From NCBI GenBank assembly GCA_045129535.1, contig JBGVJO010000174.1:1-29534 (forward strand): 29,534 nt of DNA. The letters run 5' to 3'. Below the pieces are notes generated by a model, which saw only the letters and a list, made by a program, of their open reading frames with translations, had not been told where the DNA came from and ran no database searches. Both the position numbers and the translations under genes were made by a program. Shown in pieces: positions 25,751 through 29,534 of the stretch; within the stretch, counting starts at the first letter, position 1; every line of letters begins with the position of its first letter. This DNA is from Eubacteriales bacterium (GTDB lineage: Bacteria > Bacillota > Clostridia > Oscillospirales > CAG-272).

Positions 25751-26515
25751 TTATTCATTTGTGATATATTCTTCCAATATGTCCATTTGATTTAAAACAG
25801 CAATAACATTTGCGTTATTTTCAAGATTAAACCCGCAATCTCTAAAAAAAGACTTGGAGGTCTTTAATCCATCAAGATTATCTTTTAGATTTTTAATATG
25901 TTGTAAAACATCACAAACTTTTTTAATTCGCCAAACTAAAAATTCAAGTTGCAGCGCATTATCAATATTAGAATTGCTTTTAATTTCTTTACGGATGCCA
26001 TCTCTTATATCTTTATATTGATTTTGGTTTACATTGTTCCAAGCAGTAATATCTGTAATTTCTTTGTTTCTACACCAAAGTAATGTGTTGTCATCTAACG
26101 GAATATGACATTCTTTAAAATCTAAGTTGATATGATTATGCAATTTATCGTTTATGCAATATATATATTTAAAACTCATATTGATGAATTTCTGCCATAC
26201 ACCATATCTCATTCCGAAATCGGTGTTAGAGCACATATTATCATGCCAAGTGTCAAAATCGTTATCCCAAGCCTCGCTAGTGATAGCTGTCAATAAACGT
26301 TTCTTGATTTTTTCAGCATTTTTAATAATAGTAGAATCACTTGGTGAGTTTTTCTTTCTAACATAAATTATGGCATCAGGCCACGCCTTGCTCAAACAAT
26401 ATTTGATTAAGTCGTTATCGCTATAAGATTTTTCACTTAATTTCTTTTGCCAAGCCTTACTAAATGTTAATTCAACAAATTGATTTTTAAGAGTTTGTTC
26501 TAACAACTGATTCAT
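25751..26515 (-). CDS. AT-rich hypothetical protein (254 aa), possible HhH-glycosylase-like fold
   Basis: RBS CGGAGG before ATG 26515 (MNQLLEQ); motif YGVWQKFINMSFKY...CHIPLDD...W...LEFLVW; base composition visibly unlike the flanking genes. Confidence 0.8.
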   Translation of the reverse strand: MNQLLEQTLKNQFVELTFSKAWQKKLSEKSYSDNDLIKYCLSKAWPDAIIYVRKKNSPSDSTIIKNAEKIKKRLLTAITSEAWDNDFDTWHDNMCSNTDFGMRYGVWQKFINMSFKYIYCINDKLHNHINLDFKECHIPLDDNTLLWCRNKEITDITAWNNVNQNQYKDIRDGIRKEIKSNSNIDNALQLEFLVWRIKKVCDVLQHIKNLKDNLDGLKTSKSFFRDCGFNLENNANVIAVLNQMDILEEYITNE

Positions 26516-26545
26516 ACTTAACCTCCGCGATAGTTTATATCTAAA

Positions 26546-26574
26546 ATTATATGAGCCTTTTATCCAAAAGTAAA
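26546..26574 (-). promoter_or_regulatory. Cassette-internal sigma-A promoter
   Basis: TTTACT-17 nt-TATAAT, starting just after the upstream repeat's terminator. Confidence 0.6.
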
Positions 26575-26585
26575 GTAATTTAGAC

Positions 26586-26696
26586 AAAAATCCCTCTGCC
26601 GATGACTCGGCGGGGATTCATTATTCGGTTTTCTCTACCCTTGTGGGATAGCGGTACTACCACTTATTTGTTGCTATCATAAAAGAGGGAAATTAT
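26586..26696 (-). repeat. Cassette-boundary repeat, middle copy (lacks one arm and the spacer of the inverted repeat)
   Basis: Shares AAAAGAGGGAAATTAT, TTATTCGGTTTTCTCTACCC..GTGGGATAGCGG and the terminator hairpin with 25606-25730; the stop codon of the upstream gene is the TAA that begins the repeat. Confidence 0.85.
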
Positions 26697-27121
26697 AGCA
26701 GTTGCATCCCGCTTGCTTTTTCAAGGTTAGTTGCAAAATTAAATATTTCATTTTCGGGGTTATTAAAATCCACGGCTATCTCACAGGTTAATAAATACCA
26801 TTTGCCAATTCCGTCGATTAAACTATATGTTTCGCCGCAAAAGCAATTTGTGAGCATGGCATCAGTCAATTCACAAGCAGCAAGATGTTCCCAACTTAAA
26901 GGCAAAAACCGAGTTGAAACAAAGCCGCCTATGTTTTTTATCAAATCGATTGTATCTCTATCAATTTTTTCGTTGGACGAACACTGTGAAATCGCCGTAA
27001 AGGTTTCTTTGAAGATTTCACAAAAAGATTCGCTATCAAATTTTTTGTTCTGTGATACTTCTTTTGTAAATTCCCACCATTGTAGCGGTAAAATATCTGT
27101 TATTAAAAAATCTTCAACCAT
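26693..27121 (-). CDS. AT-rich hypothetical protein (142 aa)
   Basis: RBS GGAGGT before ATG 27121 (MVEDFLI); acidic, helical-looking; no family recognised. Confidence 0.72.
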   Translation of the reverse strand: MVEDFLITDILPLQWWEFTKEVSQNKKFDSESFCEIFKETFTAISQCSSNEKIDRDTIDLIKNIGGFVSTRFLPLSWEHLAACELTDAMLTNCFCGETYSLIDGIGKWYLLTCEIAVDFNNPENEIFNFATNLEKASGMQLL

Positions 27122-27255
27122 ATATACCTCCAAAATTTTGTTTTCACTTGTATTATACACTACCACATGTCCTAAAATTGGTACAAGACAATCCATATTA
27201 TTATATTTTGTATATTTCGCCTCAAAATGTCAACTGTTTTTCTAAAAGCACATAC

Positions 27256-27286
27256 AAAAATCCCCGCCGATGACTCGGCGGGGATT
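27256..27286 (-). terminator. ppdK intrinsic terminator
   Basis: Minus strand AATCCCCGCCGA-gtca-TCGGCGGGGATT followed by TTTT, 22 nt after the ppdK stop. Confidence 0.88.
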
Positions 27287-27308
27287 GGTTTGTTTATTCA
27301 GTTTGCAA

Positions 27309-29534
27309 TCACTTGTTGGAAATAGCAGCCTGAGCAGCAGCCAGACGAGCGATCGGCACACGGAAGGGAGAGCAGGATACATAGTCAAGACCGATCTTGT
27401 GGCAGAACTCAACGGAAGTCGGGTCACCACCGTGCTCACCGCAGATACCTACGTGGAGGTTGGGGTTAACGGGACGGCCCAGGGAGATTGCCATATTCAT
27501 CAGCTTGCCAACGCCAACCTGGTCCAGCTTAGCGAAGGGATCGTTCTCGAAGATCTTGGTCTCATAGTATGCTTCCAGGAACTTGCCGGCGTCATCACGG
27601 GAGAAGCCGTAAGTCATCTGGGTCAGGTCATTGGTACCGAAGCAGAAGAAGTCTGCGTTTGCAGCGATCTCGTCAGCGGTCAGGCATGCGCGAGGAATCT
27701 CGATCATGGTACCAACTTCGTATGCGAGCTCAACGCCTGCAGCAGCGATCTCAGCGTCAGCAGTCTCAACGACTACCTTCTTAACGAACTTCAATTCCTT
27801 AACGTCGCCTACCAGAGGAATCATGATCTCGGGCTTAACGTTCCAGTCAGCGTGAGCCTTCTTAACGTTGATAGCAGCGCGGATAACGGCTGCGGTCTGC
27901 ATCTTGGCAATTTCGGGATAGGTTACTGCCAGACGGCATCCACGGTGACCCATCATGGGGTTGAACTCGTGGAGGGAAGCGATGATGGCCTTGATGGTCT
28001 CAACGGACTTGCCCTGTGCCTTAGCCAGTGCAGCGATGTCAGCTTCCTCAGTGGGAACGAACTCGTGCAGCGGGGGATCCAGGAAACGGATGCAAACGGG
28101 AGTGCCCTCGAGAGCCTCGTACAGAGCCTCGAAGTCAGCCTGCTGCATGGGCAGGATCTTAGCCAGAGCCACTTCGCGCTCAGCTACGGTCTCGGAGCAG
28201 ATCATTTCGCGGAACGCGTCGATTCTGCCCTCGCCGAAGAACATGTGCTCGGTACGGCAGAGGCCGATACCCTCGGCGCCCAGCTCGCGAGCCTTCTTAG
28301 CATCGGTGGGAGTATCTGCATTGGTGCGAACCTTCAGGGTACGGAACTTGTCAGCCCAACCCATGATGGTACCGAAGTTGCCGGAGATCTCAGCGTCAAC
28401 GGTAGCGATGATGCCGTCGTAGATCTTACCGGTGGAACCGTCGATGGAGATGAAGTCGCCCTCGTGGTAGGTCTTGCCTGCCAGCTCGAACTTCTTGTTC
28501 TCCTCATCCATCTTGATCTCGCCGCAACCGGAAACGCAGCACTTACCCATACCACGGGCAACAACGGCTGCGTGGGAGGTCATACCGCCGCGAACGGTCA
28601 GAATACCCTGAGCGGCCTTCATACCCTCGATATCCTCGGGGGAAGTCTCAAGACGAACCAGAACTACCTTCTCGCCCTTAGCAGCCCATTCCTTAGCGTC
28701 TTCTGCGGAGAATACAACCTTACCGCAAGCAGCGCCGGGAGATGCGCCCAGACCCTTGCCGGCTACGTTGGCAGCCTTCAGAGCCTTCGCGTCGAACTGG
28801 GGATGGAGCAGAGTGTCCAGGTTACGGGGATCGATCATCAGAACAGCCTGTTCCTCAGTCTTGTGTCCCTCAGCTACGAGGTCAACAGCGATCTGGAGAG
28901 CAGCCTGTGCGGTTCTCTTACCGTTTCTGGTCTGGAGCATGTAGAGCTTCTCGTTCTCAACGGTGAACTCCATGTCCTGCATATCGTGATAGTGGTTCTC
29001 CAGGATCTGGCAAACCTCAACGAACTGCTTGTATGCTGCGGGGAACTTCTCAGCCATCTGAGCGATGGGCATGGGAGTACGAACACCTGCAACAACGTCC
29101 TCACCCTGTGCATTGGTAAGGAACTCACCCATGAGCTTCTTTTCACCGGTTGCGGGGTCACGGGTAAATGCTACGCCGGTACCGCAATCGTCGCCCATGT
29201 TACCGAATGCCATTGCCTGTACGTTAACGGCAGTACCCCAAGAGTAGGGAATGTCGTTGTCACGGCGGTATACGTTTGCACGGGGGTTGTCCCAGGAACG
29301 GAATACGGCCTTAACGGCGCCGATGAGCTGCTCCTTAGGATCGGTCGGGAAATCTGCACCGATCTTGGCCTTGTACTCAGCCTTGAACTGGTTAGCCAGC
29401 TCCTTCAGATCGTCAGCGGTCAATTCAACGTCCAGGGTAACGCCCTTTTCTTCCTTCATCTTGTCGATGAGTTCCTCGAAGTACTTCTTGCCGACTTCCA
29501 TAACAACGTCGGAGTACATCTGGATGAAGCGGCG
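27309..29534 (-). CDS. ppdK: Pyruvate, phosphate dikinase (5' part outside the window)
   Basis: RRFIQMY, SWGTAVNVQ, GTGVAFTRDP, NAQGEDVVAG, LQTRNGKRT, GGMTSHAAVVARG (phospho-His), GIGLCRTEHMF, GTNDLTQ, GICGEHGGDP; strongly biased codon usage. Confidence 0.98.
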   Translation of the reverse strand, partial: RRFIQMYSDVVMEVGKKYFEELIDKMKEEKGVTLDVELTADDLKELANQFKAEYKAKIGADFPTDPKEQLIGAVKAVFRSWDNPRANVYRRDNDIPYSWGTAVNVQAMAFGNMGDDCGTGVAFTRDPATGEKKLMGEFLTNAQGEDVVAGVRTPMPIAQMAEKFPAAYKQFVEVCQILENHYHDMQDMEFTVENEKLYMLQTRNGKRTAQAALQIAVDLVAEGHKTEEQAVLMIDPRNLDTLLHPQFDAKALKAANVAGKGLGASPGAACGKVVFSAEDAKEWAAKGEKVVLVRLETSPEDIEGMKAAQGILTVRGGMTSHAAVVARGMGKCCVSGCGEIKMDEENKKFELAGKTYHEGDFISIDGSTGKIYDGIIATVDAEISGNFGTIMGWADKFRTLKVRTNADTPTDAKKARELGAEGIGLCRTEHMFFGEGRIDAFREMICSETVAEREVALAKILPMQQADFEALYEALEGTPVCIRFLDPPLHEFVPTEEADIAALAKAQGKSVETIKAIIASLHEFNPMMGHRGCRLAVTYPEIAKMQTAAVIRAAINVKKAHADWNVKPEIMIPLVGDVKELKFVKKVVVETADAEIAAAGVELAYEVGTMIEIPRACLTADEIAANADFFCFGTNDLTQMTYGFSRDDAGKFLEAYYETKIFENDPFAKLDQVGVGKLMNMAISLGRPVNPNLHVGICGEHGGDPTSVEFCHKIGLDYVSCSPFRVPIARLAAAQAAISNK

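Noticed and set aside
25729-25764. Tiny plus-strand ORF MNCNRMEFIHL after an AGAGGG RBS-like motif in the distal repeat (type I toxin idea)
   Set aside because: Only 11 aa, not hydrophobic, and the middle repeat copy has ATA instead of ATG at that position.

Overview
Chromosomal window from a GC-rich, spore-forming Bacillota (Clostridia-type) bacterium, judged from spmAB, abrB, an SLH protein and sigma-A promoters. From left to right: (1) an AT-rich gene pair (pyroglutamyl-peptidase-like gene, partial and absent from the ORF track, plus a four-helix-bundle gene) behind a palindromic repeat array; (2) a five-tRNA operon (Val-Asp-Phe-Gly-Cys); (3) a SAM methyltransferase and lipoate ligase; (4) an 886-aa GH63/MGH1-like protein whose active-site motifs look degenerate, with a structured leader; (5) abrB, spmA, spmB, a hypothetical gene, rnj, a U32 protein, uppP, an rlmD-like methyltransferase and a secreted hypothetical; (6) an XRE regulator bracketed by identical 32-bp hairpins; (7) a 2544-aa vWA/repeat/SLH adhesin preceded by a Cys-rich small gene and a regulator with two DNA-binding domains; (8) two AT-rich orphan genes, each followed by a 110-125 bp repeat, downstream of ppdK. 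The most striking signal is in (8). The distal repeat contains a 12-8-12 perfect inverted repeat overlapping a synonymously recoded copy of the ppdK C-terminus (LIAPQAAISNK* versus LAAAQAAISNK*) plus an identical copy of the ppdK terminator. This suggests a site-specific gene-capture array at the ppdK 3' end with no integrase in the window. All family calls are from motif recognition by eye; no database searches were run.
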